64,000 nt of DNA, taken from assembly GCF_036321535.1 (NCBI RefSeq), contig NC_087436.1, positions 52,020,001 through 52,084,000 of the forward strand, read 5' to 3'. Every line of letters starts with the position of its first letter. Positions within the stretch are counted from its first letter, which is position 1. Of this stretch, positions 1-11,537 are shown in pieces. This DNA is from Camelus dromedarius (taxonomy: Eukaryota). A program made the translations under genes and the position numbers. The notes under the pieces were generated by a model. That model had not been told where the DNA came from and ran no database searches. It worked only from the letters and a program-made list of their open reading frames with translations.

Positions 1-1493
1 TACTCAAGATTGTAATGCATACTGAATATTCATTTTATTCCAGATGTTGAGTACTTTTAAGATTGCTTTCACTGAAAGAGAATAGAGCTTCTAGGAATAA
101 AAGTTTTATTGTTCACCATGGGCAGTTCAGAATTATATGATTTACTTCCCCATTTGAAATAGCTTATAAATGACCTTTCCTTATAGGGTGGTCTACTGAA
201 ATTTTGCTAGATGAAAGAGAGATACGTGTTTAGCTTAGTGATGAGATTTTATTATATTTTTAAGAAGAGATTAATTCTCTTTTGTCTGTTTTTACTGCCA
301 TGTTAGTTTTAAATTTTATTCTTAAGATTAGATTCAGAAGCTGAAAGCAATATTCTAGAGCTTTTCTTTTAACTGTATTTCTATTTATCTGCAATGTTCA
401 TGATACTATAGAATACTTTTCAAAGGGAGAAAAGATTTTATTATAATTTCATACATATGTTGTTCATTGTTGAGTAGACTCTTCTATAAGTAGAAGAATC
501 TGGTTATAAAATATTGATTTCATTTAGGAAGCATGAGTTAATAATGTCACAGATATATCTAATCACCATCGAGGCAATAATTTTTTAATGGAAATAACTG
601 TCAACAATATTCTGTGTATTTTTTAACCACTCATTTTACCTTTACATTTTCTTGAAATATGTTACTGTGATTTTCAGCATCCTTCTGCCTTTCTGTTAAA
701 GAGCTGGGCTGTGTCCATGGACACTTGTCACTAACAGGTATATTTGAAATGTAACCAACTGTGGCATTTTTTCTTAATTTTTTTTCTCCTTATTCCATGA
801 CCCCACATTATTAATGGACCTTCAAATTATTCTTTAAATATTATAATTTCCAGATGTATTAATGAAATATTTAGGAGAATTTTGAGCCACAAGATGATAA
901 AATTGTAGTATATCAGGCTTTGACAGTGAATCTGGGAACCCCAATCTCACTCTTCCTTCTTTTTTGGTGAAACAAAGGAACATCTGGATATCCAGTAAAA
1001 ACTCTGGAGAATAAACAGTGGTAGAGAACATTCTTCATTTGTTGCTCATTGCTCATGTCTGATTTGAGACTTTTAAAAATATATATATATTTCTGCTTAT
1101 TTCAGTCCTCAAGAACTGTTACTTTTCCACATTCATTTGCTTCATTAGTTCTTGTTTCATCCAGAGAGCAGTTGGTTTTATAGTTTATCCCCATTGCTGA
1201 AATATTCTTATTTGTGTTCTTCTCTTATCTGGATGATGGAAGAACTGTGTTTTCCATTATTACACGTGATTTTTTCCCCTTTGTTTTCCCTAAATGAATT
1301 GTTTCTAGAAGGGAATCTAAACTGTGGGTAATTATTACTCAACCTTCCTAGTGTTTATAAAAACAAAAGTTGACCTTATACAGTGAAGGGTTATGGGAAA
1401 ACTTGGGTGTAACAAAATTTTTTTAACGTGAAGGGAAAAAAATTTCAACAGTGAAAGTGGGAGAGTCTGCTTCAGTTTTCCAATTTTAACTCC

Positions 1494-1527
1494 ACCCCCC
1501 CCCCAAAAAAAAGAGAGAGAGAGAGAG
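1494..1527. repeat. Compound simple repeat: C-run, A-run, (GA)n
   Basis: ccccccccccaaaaaaaagagagagagagagag. Confidence 0.8.
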
Positions 1528-4500
1528 TTATTCAATAACATAATGCAGTTTTAAAGGGATTTTTCTTAGCATATTCTTATGTTATCTGAATAACATGATA
1601 ATAAAGATCAAACACCTTTGCTTCAGCACAGGATATGCTGAGGGGAAAATCATATTCTTTCGTGGAGGGCTTTCGTCTCTCTTCCATTAACCAGGAAACC
1701 TGGGATACATTCTTCATAACTCCACTTAATAACTTTTCCTTTTCTTCCTCCTCCCTTTTTTTCTCCTTCCTCTTTTCTGTAACACTGTCATTTTTTCCTC
1801 CTCTTTTTTCCCTTTTCCTCCCATCAGTGTTTATTATGAATTTATTCCTTGCTGGGCTCTTCTTCAAGACGCGTGGTTCATCCTCAAGCCCAAGAGAGAG
1901 AAGAGACGAAATAGAACTGTTGTATTTCTTTTCTTGTCCCACCCAACAAACAACTCCTTTTTGGAGACGAAGATCGCTTTAGCATTGCTCGTGGTCTCTG
2001 ACCGGCTGCATCCACCCAGTGCAGAAAGTAGAAAGGGCACGAGGTCTGCCTCATTGAGTGGGGACAGGATTTCGGCCCTCAGTTTCTGATTCATCCAGAC
2101 CCTTTTGTGTAATACCCACACTGTGCGATTGAATGCACCAGCCCACCTTATGCTGATTTCTGTTTTGAAAAGTGTTCTTTCTCAAAGTGTAGCCCTGGGG
2201 AATGCCCCTGGGATTTGTTACACAGCTGAAATGGTTATTCACCATAGGTGAATACTTGAAACTCTCCTGTGGCTTGTATTTTGAAAATGGAAAGGGATCT
2301 GGAGCCTACTGGTATTATTCCGTCATTTTGCAAACAAGGCAGTAGAGCGATTGAAAAGTGATGTCATGTGGCCATTTAGCTGCAGAGCCCTGCCTCAATC
2401 TGCCTGCGAACCCGAGGCCCTTGAGGCCCAGTAAACGTTATACCCCACTCTTTCACTCACTCAGCCTAGAGACAAAATTAGATTTGATAGTCTAAAAATT
2501 GAGTATGTTCCTGAAAGTTCTTCAGAATACCAATTCTATTTAATAAATTAGGTAGTTTAGCGTCATCCCATGTAGAGAATTGAAACCAGATGTACCTGGG
2601 TGTGCATCCAAAGTCTGCCACTTAATATTAGAGTGAACTTGGAGAATGTGTTTCACCTCTTTTTCTTAATCTGTCAAATGGGGACAATAAACACTTATTT
2701 TATGTGGTTATGGCAAAACCAGGTCTCACATCCAAGTATTCAGAACTCTTGACACCGGAGCAAAGTGCCCCAGGGATAAACGAAACCCATATAGAACGTC
2801 TAGCCTCCGTTCACCCACTAGTGTAGCTCGTTTCTTCAACAAATTTTAGAAGCCGTTTCTCAGAGCTAGCACCATTTTGTTGATTTGTCCTCCAAAATAG
2901 CATCCTTTACTTATATCGTTTTGGAACATTTTTCTTTTCCCTGATCATTGAAGGTATATTATTAATATTTGAATAACACTTTAGGAGAGCAGTTTTTTTC
3001 AGGAGTTTCTCTTTCACAATGTTTTCTGATATAATTTGTCATAGATGTATGTGGCGGTTTTGTTGAATTCTATGAAATAGGCTGTTACAATCAACAGGAC
3101 TTTTTTGTAGCAAGTGAGCAGTTCTAGAAAGTAGTTTTGAAGGACTCACAGGTTTTTGGGATGCAGGGCCCTCATCTGGAGATCAGCTGGTGAAATATCA
3201 TTCATAGCACCATGACTGGAAACAGTTAAGAAAATTTGGGACTCAAAAAAGTGTAATTGTTCTCATTTGTTATCGCCACTAGTTCTTTAATATGGGAGAG
3301 TGCCATTCACTCTGCAGATGAGAGGAAAATGGCTTGTACAATTGAAGTTCCTTTGGGGCCATATTGCTGTGTCCCTTACATGGTACGATGGCTAAATAGT
3401 TTCCAAATGAGAAATCATATATAATGTTGTGCAGTTTATTGATGGCAAATGTCTTTCCTTGGCATTCAGGTATAGGTCAGCCAAAAAATTCACCTCAAAA
3501 AGCACCTCCATTCTTAGATTCTTCTGTTAGATATTCATTGTTGGCACAAACGGTGAAGACCTAGGGACTTTTTTCTTTTAATTAAGCCAGATACTTGTTT
3601 AATAGAAGATCCTCTAAATTTGGTGATGATGTAGCCTGTCATCTACCGAACATGTCATACCTCTCCACTACTTAGGTGCTGAGTTTTTGTTTTTGTTGTT
3701 TTGAAGTATATGGAGCTGCTTTTATTGCATTTCGGTGACAACTTTATATCTTAAATTGGTAACGTTAGGTTTCTATATCTTCGCTAAATGGCAAGCAGTT
3801 TTTATACCATATAGTAAAGTATATCAGACATATTAAATAGATTAGTGATGTTTTAGAATGAATTCAGTGTATCAGCAATAAGAAGTTTGTTCTGGAGTGA
3901 ACTGCATCAGCTTTATTAAATTAAGATTTTAAAAAATGCTTAAATGAAAACAACTGGAAGTTAGTTAGCTAAAAGTTACATCAAAGTTAACTTAACATTA
4001 AGTTAAGCTAAAAGGGACATTCAGATTAGAATGGTGAACAAGTCCTTGTTTCTGAAATACAGAACAACTGAACCTTCTTTCCCCTTTCACTGTTGTTTAT
4101 CTTTCTTTCCCAAAAGGAAAACAAAAATGCCTGCACTGTAACAAAATAATAAGACTTTTTTTTTGCTTAATAAGTAACTGGATCATTAATAGGTAATTAG
4201 GTACAAGAGAAAATAAGTATAGAAAACTTTTTATTCCTTTTCTAATATTGGAAGTGAGGAATTCAGAAGAAATCAGTACAATGTGTATTAACTAAAACAT
4301 TCTGTGTTTTGATAATAACCTTGTTCAGTTATATTCCAGTATTCCTTGGAAAGAGAAGTCTGTTTATATTTCCTTATATTTTGCTTTTGCTCTTGGATAG
4401 CTGAATAGTTTTTTTATTCTTTAAGTTCATAGTAATTTGCATTTATTTTTAAATTTTCAAGACAATTTTCTCTTCCTGGCTTGAAGGCACATATTACATC

Positions 4501-5279
4501 TGGTAAATGTAGTATTGTATTTGTACATTATTATTTACATTATTAATTATAAATATTATTATTGTAAACATTATAAATATTACATAGGGCAAAATTATAT
4601 CCCTTCGATGTGTATAAACAGGACAAAATCTAATGAAAGGACACTCAAGTAAAGAGGTGCATGGTTATACTGTTACACCAGAAGGATGACAGCACTTGAT
4701 TATCGCTATTAGGGTAAATAGATTGTGTTCTTCTGACATTTTCCTCTTGCATTTTAGCTAAGGAATTATGTTAATTTAAATGAAAATGAAGGGAATGTCT
4801 AGGGAAAAATTGCTATAGCTAATTAGAAGTGTGCACCTAAGCAGTGTGCCAGTGATTTTTAGATTTCTTTGCAGTCAGAATTTATCAAAATAAGACTTTT
4901 CACTGCACAGCTTGACTCCTTGCATTTGATCACGGGTTATTTCAGTGAGCCCTCCCAGGTGATTTTGCTGGCCAGGTACACTTACCTGGATGACTTCCCA
5001 GAGCACATGGACCTGATAATCGGAGCTGTTACAGATTATTCTGCTCTGGAAGGAGTCACATTCTTGAGTTTTAAACTTTGTTTATTTAATAAGTAGAAAT
5101 AGAACTTCCTCCAAGGAGACATTTCTCAGTGCTGAGAGCCAGCACAAATCCTGTGGAATGAGGGTCATCTCTAAATGAAGCTCTGTAATGATTCTTGATC
5201 TCTTTCCTGGTAAGTCTCATCTCGGGGAGCTACTGCATTTTTCTGCTTTTGCTCTCAGTTTAACAAGTCTCATAATAAA

Positions 5280-5510
5280 GGTAGTAAGCACTTATTGAGC
5301 GCTTAGTACCTATCAGGCATTGCCCTACGTTTTTACATATATTATGGGATCCTCACAATAAATAGCCTTGTGTGATAGGTGCCAGTATGACCTGCATTTT
5401 GCAGGTGAGGAAACTCAGGCACAGTGAAATCAAATAAATCACCCAAAGACCTAGACCTATTAAGTAGCAGAAAATGGTCTGAATTCAGAGAGTGGGGGTC
5501 CAGAGCCTTG
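5280..5510 (-). mobile_element. MIR SINE
   Basis: cacttattgagcgctta...cattttgcaggtgaggaaactcaggcacag (MIR core, reverse). Confidence 0.75.
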
Positions 5511-5904
5511 AGGCAAGCACAACTGTATTACCGAAACTTCTTTAATAGAAGCCCCTAAAATAAGAAGGAACACATTTTTATTTGAGAGTAAAATCCATTG
5601 TAATTAACTTGAGTAAACACTTAAATGACTGATAGTCTTTGTTATGTCTGACTGGAATGTTGAAAGGTTGTTTGGCCCCCACATCGTGGATCTAGAATGC
5701 CCAACACTGGGTTTGAAAGTGGAAGGAAGACAGGGGAGATGCCTGCGGCTGTCTCATTAATGTCAAAAAAAACCCCAAAGGTTTTCTTTCCTTTGGTTGG
5801 AATTCTTTGGTTTCCTTCTTCCTTAATTAGCTTTTTAGAGAGAAATAACAACTGCCTTTGACAACCAACAATTTGTAGGCATTTTTGGATTAATGTTGTG
5901 AGCT

Positions 5905-6095
5905 TTAGTGCAGAGGGCACAGGATTTGGAGTCAAGACTCCAGGATTATGTCTTGGTCCCACATCCTAGCTGTGTTATCTTTAAACCATTTTTCTTATTC
6001 TCTTGATCCATAAAATGAAGAACACTGTGATACCTATCACATAGGGTTATTATGAAAATTGAATGCTACATCTATGAAAGTGTTTCCAAATGTGA
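5905..6095 (+). mobile_element. MIR SINE
   Basis: ttggagtcaagac...ctagctgtgt...atccataaaatg...atacctatcacatagggttattatgaaaatt. Confidence 0.7.
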
Positions 6096-8134
6096 AGAAT
6101 GTATAGGCATTGTTTTAATGTTTGATAATTTTTTGAAATTGAAAATCTTATATAAAATAATTCCTTGTTCCAAATGATGACATTTCTCCCTGCCTAGTTA
6201 GGGCAGCCAAATTAAGACAGCTAGATCAGTTTTGAGATGAGATAAAATATTAGGAATTTATCTATTATTGATTTAAAGATACCTAATAGCATTTAGTAGC
6301 TTCAAATCATATTTGACTTAAACCAATATTATATGGTTGTTGTCATGTACCATTAAGTAAGCACTGTGTACACTATGGATTAAAAGATGTTAACTTTTAT
6401 TGCGTGTCATACACTGTCCAGTAAGTACATATGTAAGTAAGTAGAAATCAGAAATAAGCAGAATTTATACTATTTTTTTGAAATTGTAAGACAAATACAG
6501 TATGACCTCAGCTTACACTAACATGTTTATAATTTTAATTATAATTTCTGGCCAGTTTTACTGATATCCTCTATTATTGAATATTCACGTTTGTATGAAT
6601 TGACTGCCTCACTTTGTCAAAATAGTTGAATTGATTATTTGTTTATAGTTGGCTTTGACAAAACATATATGTCAAGAAGACAGTTTTACAGGAAAATAAT
6701 TGGGAGTTAAGGCATAACTGATCTCCTTCCTAGATAATCACCAGACACAGTAGCATATTCGAATCTGTAAGAAAACTTGCCGCAAATAAGCCCATTTAAC
6801 CATGTGTAACAGATGTTCCAGGGCTTTTTTCCTCCCCCAGAAACGCTTTATTTTATAAAACATCTATTAGCCCAGAACTGTCACTAGGAAATACTGCTGT
6901 GTACGTAAAATCTGACGTTCTTGGAAGGCCCAGTCGTCTCTGGGCTTCTATAGGAATTGCTCCTCTGAAACCTTCCACTGAGGTCACGTTATACTCAAGT
7001 AAAGAATTTCATATATGCCCATGATGACAAATACAGTTCTTGATTAGACAGCCCTCTTGGGGCCGTATTTAATGTCAATTGGCAAGGTAAGTTTCTTTCT
7101 GTCAGACCACGTATACAATAGAAACATACAGTACTTGGGTTTTTTGGGGGGATAAATAAGCCAAGTGTAAATGAGAGTTTCCAGGTGATACAGCAAACTG
7201 CTGGCACACAAAACAAAAGAGATGCTGTGGCACAATAGATGTGGCACAAAAGAAATCACTGAAGCACGACACCAACAGATAATAAAGGAAAGATGCTTAA
7301 ATTTGAGTTCATACTTCACATCAAGTATTGCACTAAGCACTTTTGCAAGTGTGGGCTCCTTTGATCCTTTCAACAGCCTCTTGAGTTACTTAAGTATCTC
7401 CATTTTATAGGTGAGGAAACTGTGGTTTCTCAAGGATGTCTTCAGGACACATAGCCTTTAAAGCCAGAATGTGAAGATGGGCGATTAGGTACTTCAGAAC
7501 TCCTCACCACTGCACGTGGTGGCACTTAGAGCACACATGCTGCTCCATATTGCTGAAAATTGTCAGTGGCAGCTACAGTAACTGATCTTCTCAAGGAGTA
7601 CAGGGTGGGGAGGCACACCGTAAACAAAAGACACAGGCTGGCCTGAGAGGCAGCCAGCAGTCACTGACGGAAACCTTTGGGCTTTGGATAGATCCCAAGC
7701 TCAGTGCTCATATGTGGAAACACTGGAGGCTCCTTTTGCCTTTTGACCAACCTGTCAGAAACCAAATGACAGCAAAGACCCTGTACCTTTCACAAGCTGA
7801 ACACTGAATCAGTTATTCCTTGTAATATTTTGGTCTCTTTCAAGCTGGGAACAATTAGATAAGACAGAAAAGCCAAATTAAGATGTTCAAGGAGCAAACT
7901 GCACATTCAGGATGAGTATTATTGCATTTAGAAAATTGTGTGATGAGATGCAGATCGTATATTAGTAAATAAATCATTGAAGAAGTGTTTTGTTTTGTTT
8001 TGTTTTTGAATGCTTGCTATGTCCATTTTGGGTAGGGGATAATGAACTCAAACGAAAAGAGCATGGCTCCGGGAATCCAGAGAACCGAGGGTGACTTCGG
8101 GCTTACTGGATGAGTCACCACTTACCTACAGAGG

Positions 8135-8390
8135 CGCTGTAGCAGGGATCAACAGCACAACTCTACAGCCAAGGGGCCTGGTGTGAGCCCTGGTGTCTCA
8201 TGTGAACTTGGTGAAGTCACTTAATTTCTTTGTGCCTTGAGCCCTTGCATATGAAAACTAGGTTAGTAGTATTCATACCGTAGGATTTCTATGAAGATTC
8301 AGTGAGTTAACACACGCAGTGTAAAGTATCTAGAACGGTGTCTAGGATATAGGAAGTGCTATTTGATAGTGATTACTTTATCATTATCAT
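8135..8390 (+). mobile_element. MIR SINE
   Basis: tgtgaacttggtgaagtcacttaatttctttgtgcct...gtaaagtatctagaacggtgtct. Confidence 0.7.
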
Positions 8391-8774
8391 TTATTTATTC
8401 TCTTTAATTCTCAGTTTCTTCAACTAGAAAATTAGGGGGTGAAAGTAATGATATTTAAGGTCTAACTTCAGATTTGTACACATTTATTGAATTTAGCATG
8501 AAGCTCTTTTAATGATTTGTGATGTGTCTTATGAATACAAAAATATGAAAATTAATATAAGCAGCAAGTATTTTCTGTTTTGAGGGCAAAAAGATAAACA
8601 CAAAACAAAATAAAAACAAAGGTTTTGGCAAATGAAGGACATCTTATTACGTGTTCAAGTCTCAAGGATATGGAGGTTTAGGTAGAAAGCAGGCTTTTCA
8701 GAACTTGTGACATTGCATAGGGGTGATTAGGAGTTTGCCCGCTTAAGGAGGTAAGCAAAGCATTTGTTACGTAT

Positions 8775-8980
8775 AATAAGCACTTATGAAGTGTTTGCTA
8801 TGCCAGGAATGTTCCAGGCACTTTACAAGTACTAGTTTATTTAATCTTCAATTTACAGATCCAGAAACTATAGCATAGAGAAGGTAACTAACTTGCCCAA
8901 GATCATACAGTTGGTGAAGCTGAGATGTAAACCCAGGCAGTTTGGCTTCTAAGTTTGTACTTTTAGCCCCTTTGCCTTAC
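8775..8980 (-). mobile_element. MIR SINE
   Basis: tttacagatccagaaact...aacttgcccaagatcatacag...aacccaggcagtttggct. Confidence 0.75.
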
Positions 8981-10430
8981 TGTCTCTGAAAGGCTTGAAG
9001 AAAGCTATAAAATTACATGGAATACTCAAAGTATGTATCATGTAATAGGGTATGGCTAGACCGTAGGGTTTGGGGGTAAGATAAATTGAGGTGAGATAAC
9101 TGGAGACTTAAAGAAATATTCTGATCATTATCTTAATAATCTAGATAAGAGCATAATTGAGGAATTAGACTAGCATGGTTGCCATAGCAACGGTCAGGAA
9201 GCCATGTTAGAGGGAATTGTAGCCTCTCTGGGTCAGGGATCCTTTTGAGAATCTATTAAATTGTGGCCTTTTTCTCCAGAAATGTGTGCAACATACAACG
9301 TTGCCATGGAATTTCAACAGTTTCACAAACCTTTTAATTTCTTTGATGCTTTACCCACCTTGGTTTTCCTCCCTTGTAAGAATCGTGTATTTTCATAGAA
9401 GTCTGCAGTTTTCCTTTACTTTGTGTTTTTCTTGTGTTCTATGTTTTCTTTCAGTAATCATATTTTTTAATATTTCACTTTCCTTAGATACATGTTTTTT
9501 GGTTACTAACGTTTACAAAATTATAGTTTTGGCGAAGTTCATGATCAGCTGTAATCAACATCGTGTCCCTGCTGTATGAATGTATGTAAATAAAAATTGC
9601 AGTGAAATTTCCTGTAATTTTCTTACTTTGTTGCTTGAGTACAAAAGTGATAGTAGACCTGTGGCCAGTAGGTATTCTCTACCACGATCTGCATCATGCT
9701 GTGTTAATTCATGAGTAGTTTCTTACTTGGATAGCTATATCTGGAATGGGAACATTATTTGCATTAAAAGAAAAATCACTCCTTTTTCCAAAAGGCAACT
9801 GAAAAGGCCTGTTGTGGAGAATTAGATCGAAGATTCTGTCTTTGCTTCTAGGACACCCTTTTTTGTCTCTTGAGCATGGAAACCCTAAGGGTAATTAGAG
9901 CCTAGAGGTAAGGGAGTTCAGAAGAGGCTGGGTGACTGATTATCATTTGTTTTGTTTATCACTTGGTGTGAGAGTAATAATTGGGTCCCTGTTGGCTATG
10001 TGGGGTGTAAGCATTGCCAATACCTATGGCAAATTGCTCTAGTAAAATTCACATGCTATTTAGGATTATTTTTTTTTTTAAATACAATCTAACTTGGCAG
10101 TTTGGTGAACTGAATTCAAAGTTATCTTCCTGAAATGATGAAAAAGGAATTGTTTTCTTTCTTTCTCCTTTTCCTTTAATTTTCCCTGAACTTTTACTAC
10201 ACTCTAGCTGTTAAAGCCTCCATCACAAAAGTATAAATTATTTAATTGTAGAATTATTTATTTATACAAATGTAAATATTCTCAAAAATCATGATATTAT
10301 TAACCAGTTAGTTCTGAAGAAGAACATTATCAGAAAAACAACTTCAGAGGTTTCTATATTTTCTTGGACTTTAGGCTTATAAAGGAAAGTTGCTTTTAGT
10401 GAGTTTGCACTTATGTAATGTATAATATCT

Positions 10431-10600
10431 TTCTTTTTTGTGTGTTTTTTTGTGGGGGGAGGTAATTAGGTATATTTATTTATTTCTAATGGAGCTACTG
10501 GGGATTGAACCCAGGCCCTCGTGCATGCTAAGCACGCACTCTACCACTGAGCCCTCCCTCATGTAATGTATAAAATAAAACTATAAAAGTACCCTCCCCC
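10431..10600 (-). mobile_element. tRNA-Ala-derived SINE, camelid Vic-1-like, copy 1 (rearranged 5' end)
   Basis: Minus strand reads GCTCAGTGGTAGAGTGCGTGCTTAGCATGCACGAGGGCCTGGGTTCAATCCCCAGTAGCTCCA plus an AT-rich tail and CCTAATTACCTCCCCC. Target-site duplication atgtaatgtataa(t)atcttt starts at 10413 and 10601. Confidence 0.88.
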
Positions 10601-10885
10601 ATGTAATGTATAAATCTTTATGACATCTTTCTTTCTTCAGTACTTAATGTGTGTACCTACATATCATTTTAAAAATATATCTGATATATAGAATTTTAGC
10701 AAATCAAAGATTATTTTGAGTTTCATTATGAATAACTGAATGCACATTTTTGGGAATGAGGATCTTTTACTGATATGAAATATATTCCTAAAAATAATTG
10801 ACTATATATAAACTTTTATGTATGTGCTATGATCAGGGAGGAGACATTTCACTGGAGGTGAAATTATCACATAACTGAGACATAT

Positions 10886-11018
10886 GTTTTTTGTTTTTTT
10901 TTAATTTTAGGGGGTGATTAGGTTTATTTAATTATTTTTTGTGGTAGTACTGGGGATTGGACCCAGGACCTCATGCATACTAGGCATGCACTCCACCACT
11001 GAGCTATACCCTCCCCCC
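10886..11018 (-). mobile_element. tRNA-Ala-derived SINE, camelid Vic-1-like, copy 2
   Basis: Minus strand GGGGAGGGTATAGCTCAGTGGTGGAGTGCATGCCTAGTATGCATGAGGTCCTGGGTCCAATCCCCAGTAC...; TSD agacatat at 10878-10885 and 11020-11027. Confidence 0.88.
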
Positions 11019-11507
11019 AAGACATATCTCCTTTAAGCACTAAATTATTTAAAATTCTATTTAATGAAAGTGTATCAAAATTGTATTACGCCTTTTCCTG
11101 CTTATAACAACGTATTGCCTGGTAATCTGGAATAAGATACTTATGAAATATGGAATGTATACCATTATGAACACCCTGGATATGCCCTGATAGCCTCTAG
11201 GGCTCTTCTGAAATATGGAACTCTACACACAAATGCTCAGTTATGCCTGGCCACCTCCTTTTCTACTTAGTGTTCTGAGAATGCCTCCATTCCTTTCCTA
11301 TGGAGTAACAGGCCCAGATTTTGTGGTGGGTATTCTCATCCCAGCTCAGCGTTTGATTACCTCTGGGTGTGTCTTTGCACTGTGGTTGGTGAAGATGATG
11401 GGAACCAGAGCTCTGAGTAAGCGGAGTATTATTATGTATCAAGGGACTTAAGAAATACGCACACAACTCCATTGTTAGATAAAATACACTGTTAACGCTG
11501 TTTGATT

Positions 11508-11537
11508 TGTGTGTGTCTGTGTGTGTATGTGTTGTGT
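11508..11537. repeat. Imperfect (TG)n microsatellite
   Basis: tgtgtgtgtctgtgtgtgtatgtgttgtgt. Confidence 0.8.

Noticed and set aside
1..1340. Possible ancient L1 remnant
   Set aside because: Composition is suggestive but I could not match diagnostic sequence.
1621..1640. REST/RE1-like TTCAGCACAGGATA
   Set aside because: Right half-site and spacing do not fit the RE1 consensus.
1577..1982. Overlapping 121-aa and 115-aa ORFs
   Set aside because: Low-complexity translations of a purine/pyrimidine tract; no recognisable protein.
3987..4006. 9-bp-arm inverted repeat (also the 14-bp palindrome at 42363-42376)
   Set aside because: Short, almost entirely A/T; no evidence of function.
4978..4992. 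ACTTACCTGG resembling the U1 snRNA 5' end, equivalent to a perfect antisense donor
   Set aside because: Only about 10 nt with no further U1 similarity; plausible by chance.
10490..10552. tRNA-Ala(AGC) gene
   Set aside because: It is the head of a SINE with an AT-rich tail and TSD, its 5' acceptor arm is disrupted, and two more copies occur in the window.
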